Of a stretch of 64,000 nucleotides of DNA, positions 17,528 to 26,921 are shown in pieces. The stretch comes from Myxococcales bacterium (GTDB lineage: Bacteria; Myxococcota_A; UBA9042; JABWCM01; BTVJ01): positions 64,001 through 128,000 of the forward strand of contig BTVJ01000004.1 of assembly GCA_045863395.1 (NCBI GenBank). The letters are read 5' to 3'. Position numbers and translations under genes: made by a program. The stretch's first letter is position 1, and each line of letters begins with the position of its first letter. The notes below the pieces were generated by a model. It worked only from the letters and a program-made list of their open reading frames with translations, was not told the DNA's origin and ran no database searches.

Positions 17528-18682
17528 ATGACCCGCCCCCTGAACATCGGCGTGACCTGCTACCCCACGTTCGGGGGCAGCGGGATCATCGCCACCGAGA
17601 TCGCCGCCGAGCTGGCGCGCCGCGGCCACCGCGTGCACGTGATCAGCTACGACCTGCCCGTCCGCCTGGACCGGACGGCGGACAACGTGTTCTTCCACGA
17701 GGTGGAGGTCCGCGAGTACCCGCTGTTCCAGCACACCCCCTACGTCATCGCGCTGGCGTCGCGCCTCGTGGACGTCACCCGCTGGGAGCGCCTCGACCTG
17801 CTCCACGTCCACTACGCCGTCCCCCACGCGACCAGCGCGTTCCTGGCGCAGCAGGTGCTCGGCGACGAGGCGCCGAAGCTCGTGACCACGCTGCACGGCA
17901 CGGACATCACCCTGGTCGGCGGCGACCCGAGCTACCTGCCCATCACCCGGTTCTCCGTGATGCGGAGCGATCTCGTCACGGCGCCGAGCGAGTTCCTCCG
18001 CGAGGCGTCCTATGAGCGGCTGGAGCTCCCGCGTTCAACCCCCATCGACGTGATCCCCAACTTCGTGGACACGGACCGCTACGCGCCCCCGGTGAGCCGT
18101 GACCCCCACCGCCTCCGCCAGCTCTTCCGGTGCAGCGCCGGCCTGGAGGGGGCCCGCGTGCTGCTGCACGTGTCCAACTTCCGCCCCGTCAAGCGGGTGC
18201 TGGACGTCGTCGCCGTCTTCGCGCAGGTGGCGCGCGCCAGGCCCTGCGTCCTCCTGCTGGTCGGCGACGGCCCGGACCGTGCCGCCGCGGAGGCCCGCGT
18301 GCGGGAGCTCGGCCTCGCGGATCGCGTCTCCTTCGTGGGCAAGCAGGAGAGCTTCGTCGCATGGATGCAGCAGTCCGACGTGTTCCTGCTGCCCAGCGAG
18401 ACCGAGAGCTTCGGGCTGGCGGCCCTGGAGGCCATGTCCTGCGGCGTGCCGGTGGTGGGGAGCCACACGGGCGGCCTCACGGAGGTGGTCACGCCCGACG
18501 TAGGCTTCCTGCACCCGGTCGGGGACGTCGAGGCCATGGCGGCGAGCGTCGTCCGCCTGCTGGACGACGCGGACCTCCATGAGCGCATGGGCGGGGCAGC
18601 CCGGCGCGCCGCCGTAGCGAGGTGGCGCATGGGCCCGATGGTGGATCGCTACGAGGAGGCCTACCGGCGGCTGCTCGGCTGA
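17528..18682 (+). CDS. bshA: N-acetyl-alpha-D-glucosaminyl L-malate synthase BshA (GT4)
   Basis: CYPTFGGSGIIATE, HVHYAVPHA, TTLHGTDITLVG, HVSNFRPVKR, ESFGLAALEAM. Confidence 0.95.
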   Translation: MTRPLNIGVTCYPTFGGSGIIATEIAAELARRGHRVHVISYDLPVRLDRTADNVFFHEVEVREYPLFQHTPYVIALASRLVDVTRWERLDLLHVHYAVPHATSAFLAQQVLGDEAPKLVTTLHGTDITLVGGDPSYLPITRFSVMRSDLVTAPSEFLREASYERLELPRSTPIDVIPNFVDTDRYAPPVSRDPHRLRQLFRCSAGLEGARVLLHVSNFRPVKRVLDVVAVFAQVARARPCVLLLVGDGPDRAAAEARVRELGLADRVSFVGKQESFVAWMQQSDVFLLPSETESFGLAALEAMSCGVPVVGSHTGGLTEVVTPDVGFLHPVGDVEAMAASVVRLLDDADLHERMGGAARRAAVARWRMGPMVDRYEEAYRRLLG

Positions 18683-19516
18683 CTACTTCCACTCCTCCAG
18701 GGCCTTCTTCACCTGGTCCTCCCAGAAGAAGTACTCCGCCTTCTTGCCCAGGTCATAGGCCCGCTGGGCCGCAGCGAGGGCCTCCTTCTTCTGGCCCTTC
18801 TTCGCCAGGATCTGCGCGTGGATCCAGAGGCCGTACCAAGTGGGATCGACGGCGACCGACGCCGTCGAGAGCTCCAGCGCGCGGTCGAGCTCCTTGCCCC
18901 CGTCGAGGAGCCACCGGGCCGCGTTGGCCTGCGTGCGGGCCGCGTCCTTGGTCGCGGTCGCCACGCTGGCCGCGGCGTGGGCCGCGGTGTCCGCGGTGAT
19001 CGGCAGGGTGACCCGCAGCGTGTCCCACTCCAGGTCGAGCGAGGTGGCGTCGTCGGTCGTGTCCGCGAAGACGAAGCTCATGCGCTCCCGCTTGGGGATC
19101 TGCGCCGTCTTGCCCGGGACCCGCGCCTGGTCCTGCGCCTTGTCGTAGCCCTGGGTGCCGCCGAGACCGACCTGCTTGCTGAGCACCCAGGTCCAGTCGG
19201 CCTTCGTCGGGACCGCGAACAGGCTGTAGCTGCCCGCTGGGACCGCCTGGCCGCCCACCTTCACGTCCTTGGAGAACGTGATCTTGGTGGCCGCGTTGGC
19301 GCCGAGGCGCCACAGCTCGTCGTAGGGGACCAGCTCCCCCCAGATGGTGCGCCCCTTCACGCCAGGGCTGCTGTACTCGACGGTGACGTCGGTGAGCCCC
19401 ACCCGCTGGGTGACGCTGGCGGTAGGGCTCGGGCGGGGCAGGTCGGGCGACTGGGCGTGGGCCGTCGCGGTCCACAGCAGGGTCACCAGGGCGAGCGCAC
19501 GGTGCGCGGTCTTCAT
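18683..19516 (-). CDS. DUF2911 domain secreted protein with C-terminal TPR
   Basis: Signal peptide ..AHAQ. PRPSP.A.V.QRVGLT.V.VEYSSPGVKGR.IWG.LVPY..LWRLGAN. Start inferred at ATG 19516. Confidence 0.9.
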   Translation of the reverse strand: MKTAHRALALVTLLWTATAHAQSPDLPRPSPTASVTQRVGLTDVTVEYSSPGVKGRTIWGELVPYDELWRLGANAATKITFSKDVKVGGQAVPAGSYSLFAVPTKADWTWVLSKQVGLGGTQGYDKAQDQARVPGKTAQIPKRERMSFVFADTTDDATSLDLEWDTLRVTLPITADTAAHAAASVATATKDAARTQANAARWLLDGGKELDRALELSTASVAVDPTWYGLWIHAQILAKKGQKKEALAAAQRAYDLGKKAEYFFWEDQVKKALEEWK

Positions 19517-19624
19517 CGGCAGTCTCCTCATGGGTGAGGCCACGGTCGTGGCGGTGGTGTCGGGCATACCCCAACACCCCCTTCGAAGGCAACATTCCTG
19601 GACCTCGGTGGCGCCTGGCGCCCC

Positions 19625-19653
19625 TGGACCTCGCCGCGCGGTTCTTCTAAAGT
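19625..19653 (+). promoter_or_regulatory. Putative sigma70 promoter of the Ser/Thr kinase
   Basis: TGGACC-N17-TAAAGT. The -10 box lies 7 nt upstream of ATG 19661 and there is no SD sequence. Confidence 0.45.
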
Positions 19654-19660
19654 CCGGCCC

Positions 19661-22624
19661 ATGCGTGACCCCGACGAGACTCCGCCCGACGGGGAGACGG
19701 CGCCCCCCGCGGGCCCCGCAGGGGAGCCGGGGGCACTCCCCGCGCGCATCGGGCGCTACCGCATCGACGGGCTGCTCGGGCGCGGCGGCATGGGGGAGGT
19801 CTTCGCCGCGTGGGACGAGCGCCTGGAGCGTCCGGTGGCGCTGAAGCGCATCCACGGGCTGCACCGGGAGAGCGCGGACGCCCGCGCCCGCTTCTGGCGG
19901 GAGGCGCGGGCCCTGGCGGCGCTCGAGCACCCCGGCGTGGTCACGGTCTACGAGCTGGGCGAGACCCCGGACGGCGACCTGTTCATGGCCATGGAGCTGG
20001 TCAAGGGGACCCCGGTCTCCGAGGCGCTCGGGGCGCGGTGGCCCATCGGCGCGGCGTGCCGCCTGGCCCGGGAGGTGGCCTCGGCCCTCGGCGCCGCCCA
20101 CGCGGCGGGCATCGTCCACCGGGACATCAAGCCGTCCAACCTGATCGTCGAGGGCGACGGGAGCGTCCGCGTGCTGGACTTCGGCCTGGCGCGGCGCACC
20201 GCGGAGGGGACCGACGAGCTGACCCGCTCGGGGCTCGTCATCGGGACCCCCGCCTGGATGTCCCCCGAGCAGGTGCGCGCCCAGGCCGTCGGTCCGCAGA
20301 CGGACGTCTTCGCGGTCGGCATCCTGCTGTATCGCACGCTGACCGGGACCCACCCCTTCCTGCGGGACTCGTCGCTGGCCACCGCCGTCGCCGTCGCCGA
20401 GGCGAAGTTCCGCCCCCTCGGCGAGCTGCGCCCCGACGCGCCGCGACGCCTGAGCGCCCTCGTCGAGCGGTGCCTCGCCTCCGATCCGGCGGCCCGCCCC
20501 GCCGACGGGCGCGCGCTCGCCCTGGAGCTGGACGGGGTGGAAGCCGCACCCATCGAGGCCCTCGCCCGCCTCGTCCACGACGGCCGCGGCGAGGTCGACC
20601 CGACGTCGGACACTCAGGCGGCGGCGTCCCCACCGCGGCGCCGGGTGTGGGCCCTGGGCGCGGGTACGCTGGCCCTGGCCGCCATCGCCCTCCTATGGCC
20701 GGGCGGGCAGTCTCCGCCGAACGGGCCGCCCGCCGCGCCGACCGGCAACCCCGAGCCGGGCGCCACCGAACCCGCCGCCACCGAACCGGGCGCCACAGGG
20801 CGCGGCTCCACCGAACCCGGCGCCGGCTGGGCGAGGCGCCCCCCACGCCCGGTGGTGGCGGTGCTCGGGCTCCGGCGCGCCGACACCGAGGCGGAGCGGC
20901 TCCGCGCCGAGGTGGCCGCCGACGCGCTGCGGGAGGCCCTCGACGACGCCCCCCACGAGGCGCTGGTCATGCCGTGGTCCACGCTGCTCTCCCTGGGACG
21001 CGGGGGCGCCCTGCCCCCTCTGGACACACCGCCGACGCGCCTGCTCCGGCCCGGCCGCGGCCTGGGGAGCATCGACGCGGTGGTCACCGGCGTCTTGGGA
21101 GACGACGACGCGAGGGCGCACCTCGTGGACACGTCCACGGGCACCGTCGTCGCGGAGGCCCACGCCACGGGCAGGGACCCGGTGGCGCTGGGCCGAGCCC
21201 TGGCCGTTCAGCTCCGCCCCCTGCTTGGGCTGCCGGGAGACCCGCCCCCCACTCCAACCACGTCCGCCGACGCGTGGGCGGCCTACGTGGAGGGCCGTGA
21301 GGCGGCCCACTCCGCTGACGACGGGCGCGCCCGGGAGCGGCTGACGTGGGCGCTTCAGCTCGACCCGGCGTTCTCGCTGGCCCGCGCGGGCACCCTCCAG
21401 ATGCTGCGGGGGGAGCGCCGCTATGACGAGCTGGTCGCCCAGGCCGACGCCCTCCTGAACAGCGGCGCCCCACCCCGCCACCGGGCCACCGCCCTGGCGC
21501 TGCGGTCTCTGGCCCGGGGCGAGCCCCGCGCGGCGGTCCGGCAGCTCCACGATCTGTTGCGGACATGGGTCTACGACGGAGACGCCCAGCTCGACCTGCT
21601 GGTGCTTCGCTTCAACGACCCGGAGACGGCAGACCTGCGGGAGGCGGAGCGCATCGCCCGCGACACCCTCACCATCGGCCCCGGCAGCGAGGTGGCCGCG
21701 TCCCGGCTCGTCCGGGCGCTCGCCTTCCGCGGCCGCGCCGAGGAGGCGGCGGCGGCCCTGGAGCAGCTCGGCGTCCCGCGCGAGGGCAACGGCTTCAACA
21801 TCGACCCCTGGGCGGAGGTGGACCTGCACCTCGGACGCACCGACGCGGCCATCGCGAGCTTCGACGCGGCTGCGAGCGCCGCGGAGCGCAGCATCTACGC
21901 GGAACATATGGGAGTCGCTGCCCGGATCCTCGCCGGCCGCTGCGAGGAGGCGGCGAGCCGCGCCCTCGACCGCATCGACGCCGCGCGTGTGGGCGGCAAC
22001 CCGCAGAACCTGGACTGGACCTGGTCGCTGGCCATCCAGGCCCTGCTGTGCCAGGGGCGCTGGGAGCCGGCGCTCCAGGCCATCGAGCGCTGGGCGACGT
22101 CCAGCCCGGGTGGCGCCGCCCAGGGCCCCGTCCTCGCGCTCCGGGCACGTGCCGCCAGGGGCGACGCGGACGTAGCCGACGCGGCGCTGAAATTGCTCGA
22201 CGCCCCCCGGAGTGACGCCTCCGCGCTGTGGCGCCTGATCGCTCGCGTGGGCGCGGACCCATCCTCCCTGGAGCGCCTCGCTGCCAGCGCTGGCGCCTGC
22301 GCCGTGGACATCGACCGCCCGCGCCTGGAGCAGCTCGGCTGCGCCCAGGCCGAGCGGCAGCTCAGGGCGCGGGCGCTGGAGGCGAGTGGCAGGCTGGACG
22401 AGGCCTTGGTGCAGCTCGATGCGGCCATCGGCACCTGGGACGACATCCGCTCCGAGGGCGAGCTCGCCGCCCGCGTCGAGGCCATGGCCCAGCGAGCGGA
22501 GACCCTGGAGCGGGCCGGAGACCCCAGGGCCGGCGACGCCTGGCGCCGCGTCGTCGACCTCGGCTACCCCCGCCTCTGGGCGACGGACCTCTGGGCAGTG
22601 GCCCGGCGGTCCCTGGACCGGTGA
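19661..22624 (+). CDS. Membrane-anchored Ser/Thr protein kinase with C-terminal TolB-N-like/TPR region
   Basis: LGRGGMGEV, VALK, HRDIKPSN, DFGLA, GTPAWMSPEQ. One TM helix, then TPR-like helices. Confidence 0.95.
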   Translation: MRDPDETPPDGETAPPAGPAGEPGALPARIGRYRIDGLLGRGGMGEVFAAWDERLERPVALKRIHGLHRESADARARFWREARALAALEHPGVVTVYELGETPDGDLFMAMELVKGTPVSEALGARWPIGAACRLAREVASALGAAHAAGIVHRDIKPSNLIVEGDGSVRVLDFGLARRTAEGTDELTRSGLVIGTPAWMSPEQVRAQAVGPQTDVFAVGILLYRTLTGTHPFLRDSSLATAVAVAEAKFRPLGELRPDAPRRLSALVERCLASDPAARPADGRALALELDGVEAAPIEALARLVHDGRGEVDPTSDTQAAASPPRRRVWALGAGTLALAAIALLWPGGQSPPNGPPAAPTGNPEPGATEPAATEPGATGRGSTEPGAGWARRPPRPVVAVLGLRRADTEAERLRAEVAADALREALDDAPHEALVMPWSTLLSLGRGGALPPLDTPPTRLLRPGRGLGSIDAVVTGVLGDDDARAHLVDTSTGTVVAEAHATGRDPVALGRALAVQLRPLLGLPGDPPPTPTTSADAWAAYVEGREAAHSADDGRARERLTWALQLDPAFSLARAGTLQMLRGERRYDELVAQADALLNSGAPPRHRATALALRSLARGEPRAAVRQLHDLLRTWVYDGDAQLDLLVLRFNDPETADLREAERIARDTLTIGPGSEVAASRLVRALAFRGRAEEAAAALEQLGVPREGNGFNIDPWAEVDLHLGRTDAAIASFDAAASAAERSIYAEHMGVAARILAGRCEEAASRALDRIDAARVGGNPQNLDWTWSLAIQALLCQGRWEPALQAIERWATSSPGGAAQGPVLALRARAARGDADVADAALKLLDAPRSDASALWRLIARVGADPSSLERLAASAGACAVDIDRPRLEQLGCAQAERQLRARALEASGRLDEALVQLDAAIGTWDDIRSEGELAARVEAMAQRAETLERAGDPRAGDAWRRVVDLGYPRLWATDLWAVARRSLDR

Positions 22625-22747
22625 CGGCGGCACAGGGGCGACGGGTCGCGCGCATCGGCGTGGCGGCCACGGACGCACGGAGCATCGCGGTGTATGCTCC
22701 ACCCCGGAGGCCCGCGGTGCGGACCACGCCGCCTGGAGGAGCGGGGC

Positions 22748-23416
22748 ATGCGCATCCTGGTCATCGAGGACGACCCGAAGATCGCGGGGTTCCTGGCCCG
22801 AGGGCTGCGGGAGGAGGGGCACCGGGTCGACGTGACGAGCGACCTTGCGGCGGCGCGACGCACCGTCGCCGAGGGCTACGACCTGCTGCTCGTCGACCGG
22901 ATGCTCCCCGACGGGGACGGGCTCTCGCTGGTCCGGGAGCTGCGCCGGGGGAACGACCGCACGCCGGCGATCTGCCTGACCGCGCGCGACCGGGTCGAGG
23001 AGCGCGTCGAGGGCCTCCACGGCGGCGCCGACGACTACCTGGTCAAGCCCTTCGCCTTCGAGGAGCTGCTGGCGCGCATCGACGCCGTCACCCGGCGCCT
23101 GCCGGTCGACGAGCGCATCGAGGTCGCCGACCTGGTGATCGACGTGGCGGCGCACCGCGTCACGCGGGCCGGCGTCGAGATCCGCCTGACCGCGCAGGAG
23201 CTGACGCTGCTGCGCCTCCTCGCCGAGAACGCCGGGCGGGTGCTCTCTCGAACTCGCATCCTGGAGGCCGTGTGGGGCGTCTCCCACGACCCCCGCACCA
23301 ACGTCGTCGACGTCTACGTCAGCTACCTGCGGGCCAAGGTGGACAAGGGCTTCGATCACCCGCTCATCCACACGGTCCGCGGCGCGGGCTACGTCCTCGA
23401 GGAGCGCCCGCGTTGA
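22748..23416 (+). CDS. OmpR-family response regulator (CusR/CzcR-like)
   Basis: MRILVIEDD, DRMLPDGDG, GADDYLVKPF, TNVVDVYVSYLRAK, IHTVRGAGY. Confidence 0.95.
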   Translation: MRILVIEDDPKIAGFLARGLREEGHRVDVTSDLAAARRTVAEGYDLLLVDRMLPDGDGLSLVRELRRGNDRTPAICLTARDRVEERVEGLHGGADDYLVKPFAFEELLARIDAVTRRLPVDERIEVADLVIDVAAHRVTRAGVEIRLTAQELTLLRLLAENAGRVLSRTRILEAVWGVSHDPRTNVVDVYVSYLRAKVDKGFDHPLIHTVRGAGYVLEERPR

Positions 23417-24750
23417 GCGTCTCGGTCGCGCGGCGCGTCGCCACCCGCGGGGCGGCCATCCTCGTCGTGACGCTCGTGGTCGTCGGCGCCGGGACCGCCG
23501 CCCTGCTGCACCGGCGCGAGGTGATGGCCCTCGACCGGGTCCTGCTGGCGGCCGCCCACGGGCGTGCCCACCCGGACGTCGCGGCCTCCGTCGAGGTGGA
23601 GCACAGCCGCTCGCCAGTGGACGCATGGCTGGTCGAGCCCGGGGACCCGCGGGTGCCGACGGACCTCGCGAAGCAGGCCCTCGGCCGGGAGCGCCCGCTG
23701 TACGTCGACACGGGGGACGAGCGGATCGTCCTCCTGCCGTTCGAGGTCGACGACGGGAGCCACGACCAGCTCGCCGCCGCGGCGGCGCCCCGGGTGACCA
23801 TCTCTCGAAGCGTGGGACCATTCCTGGCCATCTATGCTGGCACTGGCGCCTTTGCGGCGATCTTCGCCATGTTCGTACAGGGAAGGGTCGTGCGTCGCTC
23901 GTTTGCTCCGTTGGACGCCGCCCGGGCGGAGGCGGAGCGGGTCGTCGGCCTCGGCCACGGGCACCGCCTGACGGTCGCCGGCCCCGAGGAGGTGCGAACA
24001 CTGCTCGCGGCGATCAACGACCTCCTCGAGCGGCTCGACGCCGCCTACCACGCGCAGGCGCGCTTCACCGCGGAGGCCGCCCACGAGCTGCGGACCCCAG
24101 TGACGTCGATGCTCGGCGAGGTCGAGGTGGCTCTGCGCGCACCCCGGACGGCCGAGGAGTACCGAGCCACACTGACGTCCGTCCGCGAGGACGTGGAGCG
24201 CCTCCGCCGCCTCGTCGGCGCCCTCCTCGCCCTGGCCCGACTCGACGCGGGGCTGCTCGATGGGGAGCGCGAGCCGACGCGCGCCGCGGAGCTCGCCGGC
24301 GCGGCCCTGGCGGCCGAGGCGCCCCTGCTGACCGCGGCAGGGTGCCAGGCGCGCATGGACGTCGCCGCAGACCCGGAGCTGGAGGTCCACCGCACGCTGG
24401 TGGAGGTGGCGCTCGGCAACCTGCTCCGCAACGTGGCGCGCCACGCGCCGGGCGCCCCCGTGGTCCTGCGCGTCGGGCGCGAGGGGGCGATGGCGGTCTT
24501 CGACGTGGACGATGGGGGTCCCGGCATCCCTGCGGAGCGCGACGGCCTGTTCGACCGGTTCGCTCGCGGCGCCGAGGCGCGGCGCAACGACCGCGAGGGC
24601 CTCGGCCTCGGTCTCCCCCTCGCCAGGGAGGTCGCGCGCCGTCACGGAGGGGACTGCGTCCTGCTCCCGTCGCCCCTCGGTGGGCTGCGCGCGCGCCTCC
24701 TGCTGCGGTGCGAGCCCGAGGGTCCAGGGGACGTTCTACCGGACTTCTAA
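23413..24750 (+). CDS. Membrane sensor histidine kinase with HAMP domain
   Basis: Two TMs, HAMP, AAHELRTP, NLLRN, DDGGPGI, LFDRF, GLGLGL. TTG start overlaps the response regulator stop (TTGA). Confidence 0.9.
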   Translation: MSVSVARRVATRGAAILVVTLVVVGAGTAALLHRREVMALDRVLLAAAHGRAHPDVAASVEVEHSRSPVDAWLVEPGDPRVPTDLAKQALGRERPLYVDTGDERIVLLPFEVDDGSHDQLAAAAAPRVTISRSVGPFLAIYAGTGAFAAIFAMFVQGRVVRRSFAPLDAARAEAERVVGLGHGHRLTVAGPEEVRTLLAAINDLLERLDAAYHAQARFTAEAAHELRTPVTSMLGEVEVALRAPRTAEEYRATLTSVREDVERLRRLVGALLALARLDAGLLDGEREPTRAAELAGAALAAEAPLLTAAGCQARMDVAADPELEVHRTLVEVALGNLLRNVARHAPGAPVVLRVGREGAMAVFDVDDGGPGIPAERDGLFDRFARGAEARRNDREGLGLGLPLAREVARRHGGDCVLLPSPLGGLRARLLLRCEPEGPGDVLPDF

Positions 24751-24764
24751 TCTGCCTCTCATCT
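24746..24764 (+). promoter_or_regulatory. Putative OmpR-family tandem binding site upstream of the cytochrome b gene
   Basis: TCTAATCT (24746) and TCTCATCT (24757): imperfect direct repeat with 11-bp period in an AT-rich patch. Confidence 0.5.
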
Positions 24765-24859
24765 CCTTCCAATGTGTCGCAGGCATGATTCGGCGAGACC
24801 TGCCGGGAGCGGGGCAACCCGGGACCCGTGCATGGACCCTTTCACCACGCGAGGGAGTC

Positions 24860-25603
24860 ATGACGCGCATCCTGATCTGGGACATCCCCACCCGCCTCTT
24901 CCACTGGCTGCTCGCCGGCTCGTTCGTCGGCGCGTTCGCCATCGCCAACCTCGTGGACGACGACAGCCGGGCCTTCCGGGTCCACATGCTGCTCGGGCTG
25001 GTCATGGCCTTCATGGTGCTGCTGCGGGTGCTGTGGGGGCTCGTCGGTACGCGTTGGGCCCGCTTCGGGGCGGCGATCTTCGGGCCCCGCGCTCTGCTCG
25101 CGTTCCTTCGGGGCGCCCTCACAGGGGGCGGCCCGCGCTACGCCGGACACAACCCGGGGGCGGCGTTCGCCCTGTTCGGCGTACTGGCGCTCGTCCTCGG
25201 CCTCGCCGTCACGGGGCTCATGATGGGCGGCGACGAGTCCGTGGAGGACCTGCACGAGGTGCTCGCCTGGTCACTGCTCGCGGTCGTCGGCGTACACCTC
25301 GCGGGCGTCGCCTGGCACAGCGTCCAGCACCGCGAGAACCTCGCCCTGAGCATGGTCGACGGGCGCAAGGAGGCCGAGCCGTCCGCCGCGATCCCGTCGT
25401 CGCGCCCGCTGGTGGGGCTCTTGTTCCTCGCGCTGACGGGGACGTGGGCGGCGGGCCTCCTGTCCGGCTACGACCCCGCGACCAGCCGCCTGACCTTGCC
25501 GCTCGTCGGCACCACCCTGCAGCTCGGCGAGGACGAGGACGAGCACGAGGGCAATCGAGACGGCGGGCGCGAACACGGGGGGGAGGACGAGGACGACGAC
25601 TGA
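24860..25603 (+). CDS. Cytochrome b (Ni/Fe-hydrogenase-type b cytochrome / CybH-like)
   Basis: WDIPTRLFHW, VHMLLG, GHNPG, LHE..., HLAGV..HS..HRENL..SM.DG. Acidic C-terminal tail. Confidence 0.88.
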   Translation: MTRILIWDIPTRLFHWLLAGSFVGAFAIANLVDDDSRAFRVHMLLGLVMAFMVLLRVLWGLVGTRWARFGAAIFGPRALLAFLRGALTGGGPRYAGHNPGAAFALFGVLALVLGLAVTGLMMGGDESVEDLHEVLAWSLLAVVGVHLAGVAWHSVQHRENLALSMVDGRKEAEPSAAIPSSRPLVGLLFLALTGTWAAGLLSGYDPATSRLTLPLVGTTLQLGEDEDEHEGNRDGGREHGGEDEDDD

Positions 25604-25797
25604 GGGTGCCCCGCCTGCACGCGACCGCCTTGTCGCCACCCCGTCCAGCGTAGTAGGGTTCGGCCCACCGTGGTCCCCGACAACTGAGAGGCTCGTCGCC
25701 GCGCGCGCCGAGTGGCCACCGGACGCGCCAGTGGAGGGCGCCCACGTCTGCATCAACGGCAACCCGCCGCAACGACCGGCAGCCCAGGAGCACGATC

Positions 25798-26277
25798 ATG
25801 ACGAGCAAAGCCACCATCTGCTTGTGGTTCGACAAGGACGCCGAGGACGCCGCGCGGTTCTACGCCGCGACCTTCCCCGACAGCTCGGTGGGCGCCATCC
25901 TCCGGGCGCCGTGCGACTATCCGGGCGGCAAAGCGGGCGATCTGCTGACGGTGGAGTTCACGGTCTGCGGCCTGCCCTTCATCGGCGTCAACGGCGGCCC
26001 CGCGTTCACGCCGAACGAGAGCTTCTCGCTGCAGATCCACACAGAGGACCAGGCCGAGACCGACCGGCTGTGGGATGCAATCATCGGGAATGGCGGTCAG
26101 GAGAGCCAGTGCGGCTGGTGCAAGGACCGCTGGGGCTACTCCTGGCAGATCACACCCCGCGCCCTGTCCGAGGCCCTCGCCGATCCCGACCCAGCCGCGG
26201 CGCGACGCGCGATGGAGGCGATGATGCACATGAAGAAGCTCGACATCGCCACGGTCGAGGCGGCGCGCAGGGGCTGA
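25798..26277 (+). CDS. VOC/PhnB-like protein (3-demethylubiquinone-9 3-methyltransferase family annotation)
   Basis: CLWFD..AE.AA.FY, NGGP.F..NESFS, DQAETDRLW, CGWCKDRWG.SWQI.P. Confidence 0.92.
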   Translation: MTSKATICLWFDKDAEDAARFYAATFPDSSVGAILRAPCDYPGGKAGDLLTVEFTVCGLPFIGVNGGPAFTPNESFSLQIHTEDQAETDRLWDAIIGNGGQESQCGWCKDRWGYSWQITPRALSEALADPDPAAARRAMEAMMHMKKLDIATVEAARRG

Positions 26278-26346
26278 GGGGAGCGAAGGCCACGCTCGTG
26301 ATCATCCGCGACCCCGCTGGGGGTGAGGGCCCCGTGGAGGTGCCTC

Positions 26347-26685
26347 ATGCGGGTGGCGTTGGTTGTTCTCCTGGGGTTGGTGGAGTGCGCTGGGGAGCGC
26401 TCCGACTCGAGCGTCGAGGACATGGTCGCCGGCATGGACGCTGCCGTCGACGTCGCAGACATTGCCGCGGACGAGGGCGCTCCCCGCGCCCGGGCGGACG
26501 GCGCGCTGTGCAGCAAGATGTGGAGCCGCTTGGTCGACTGCGGTCATTACTACACGTTCCCGGAGTTCGAGGACCGGTGCGGCGATTGGGACGCGGGTGG
26601 CCCGGAGCGGGCGACGCTGGATGGCTGCAAGCTGAAGCCGTGCGCTACGCTCGTCTCCTGCGTGAAGAGCCTCCTCGACGGCTGA
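26347..26685 (+). CDS. Small Cys-containing secreted or lipoprotein-like hypothetical protein
   Basis: Hydrophobic N-terminus, Asp/Ala linker and a six-Cys domain. RBS GGAGG. Confidence 0.55.
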   Translation: MRVALVVLLGLVECAGERSDSSVEDMVAGMDAAVDVADIAADEGAPRARADGALCSKMWSRLVDCGHYYTFPEFEDRCGDWDAGGPERATLDGCKLKPCATLVSCVKSLLDG

Positions 26686-26817
26686 CTGACCAAGGCGGGC
26701 GCGGTGCCGCAGCGACCCCGGTGTTGCTCGACGCCCCTCTCGAGGTGGCCGCTCGGGCGGGAGGGGGCCGGACGACTCCATGAGACGTGGCAGGGAGCCC
26801 AACGGCCCCGACACGGC

Positions 26818-26881
26818 TGGCGCCGCATCCCCGACCTGGGCTACCCTCGCCTCTGGGCGATGGATTCGTGGGCGCCGGCCC
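26818..26881 (+). pseudogene. Remnant copy of the 3' end of the Ser/Thr kinase gene
   Basis: 51/64 nt identical to 22541-22604 by manual alignment. Reads WRRIPDLGYPRLWAMDSWA versus the kinase's WRRVVDLGYPRLWATDLWA. Confidence 0.7.
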
Positions 26882-26921
26882 CCCGGATCCGCCGCCCGGT
26901 GAGAGCGAGGACCCGGCGCAG

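Noticed and set aside
23800..23915. Short patch of A/T-richer codons inside the sensor kinase gene
   Set aside because: The frame is intact and it encodes the second TM region. Too short to call a recombination patch without statistics.
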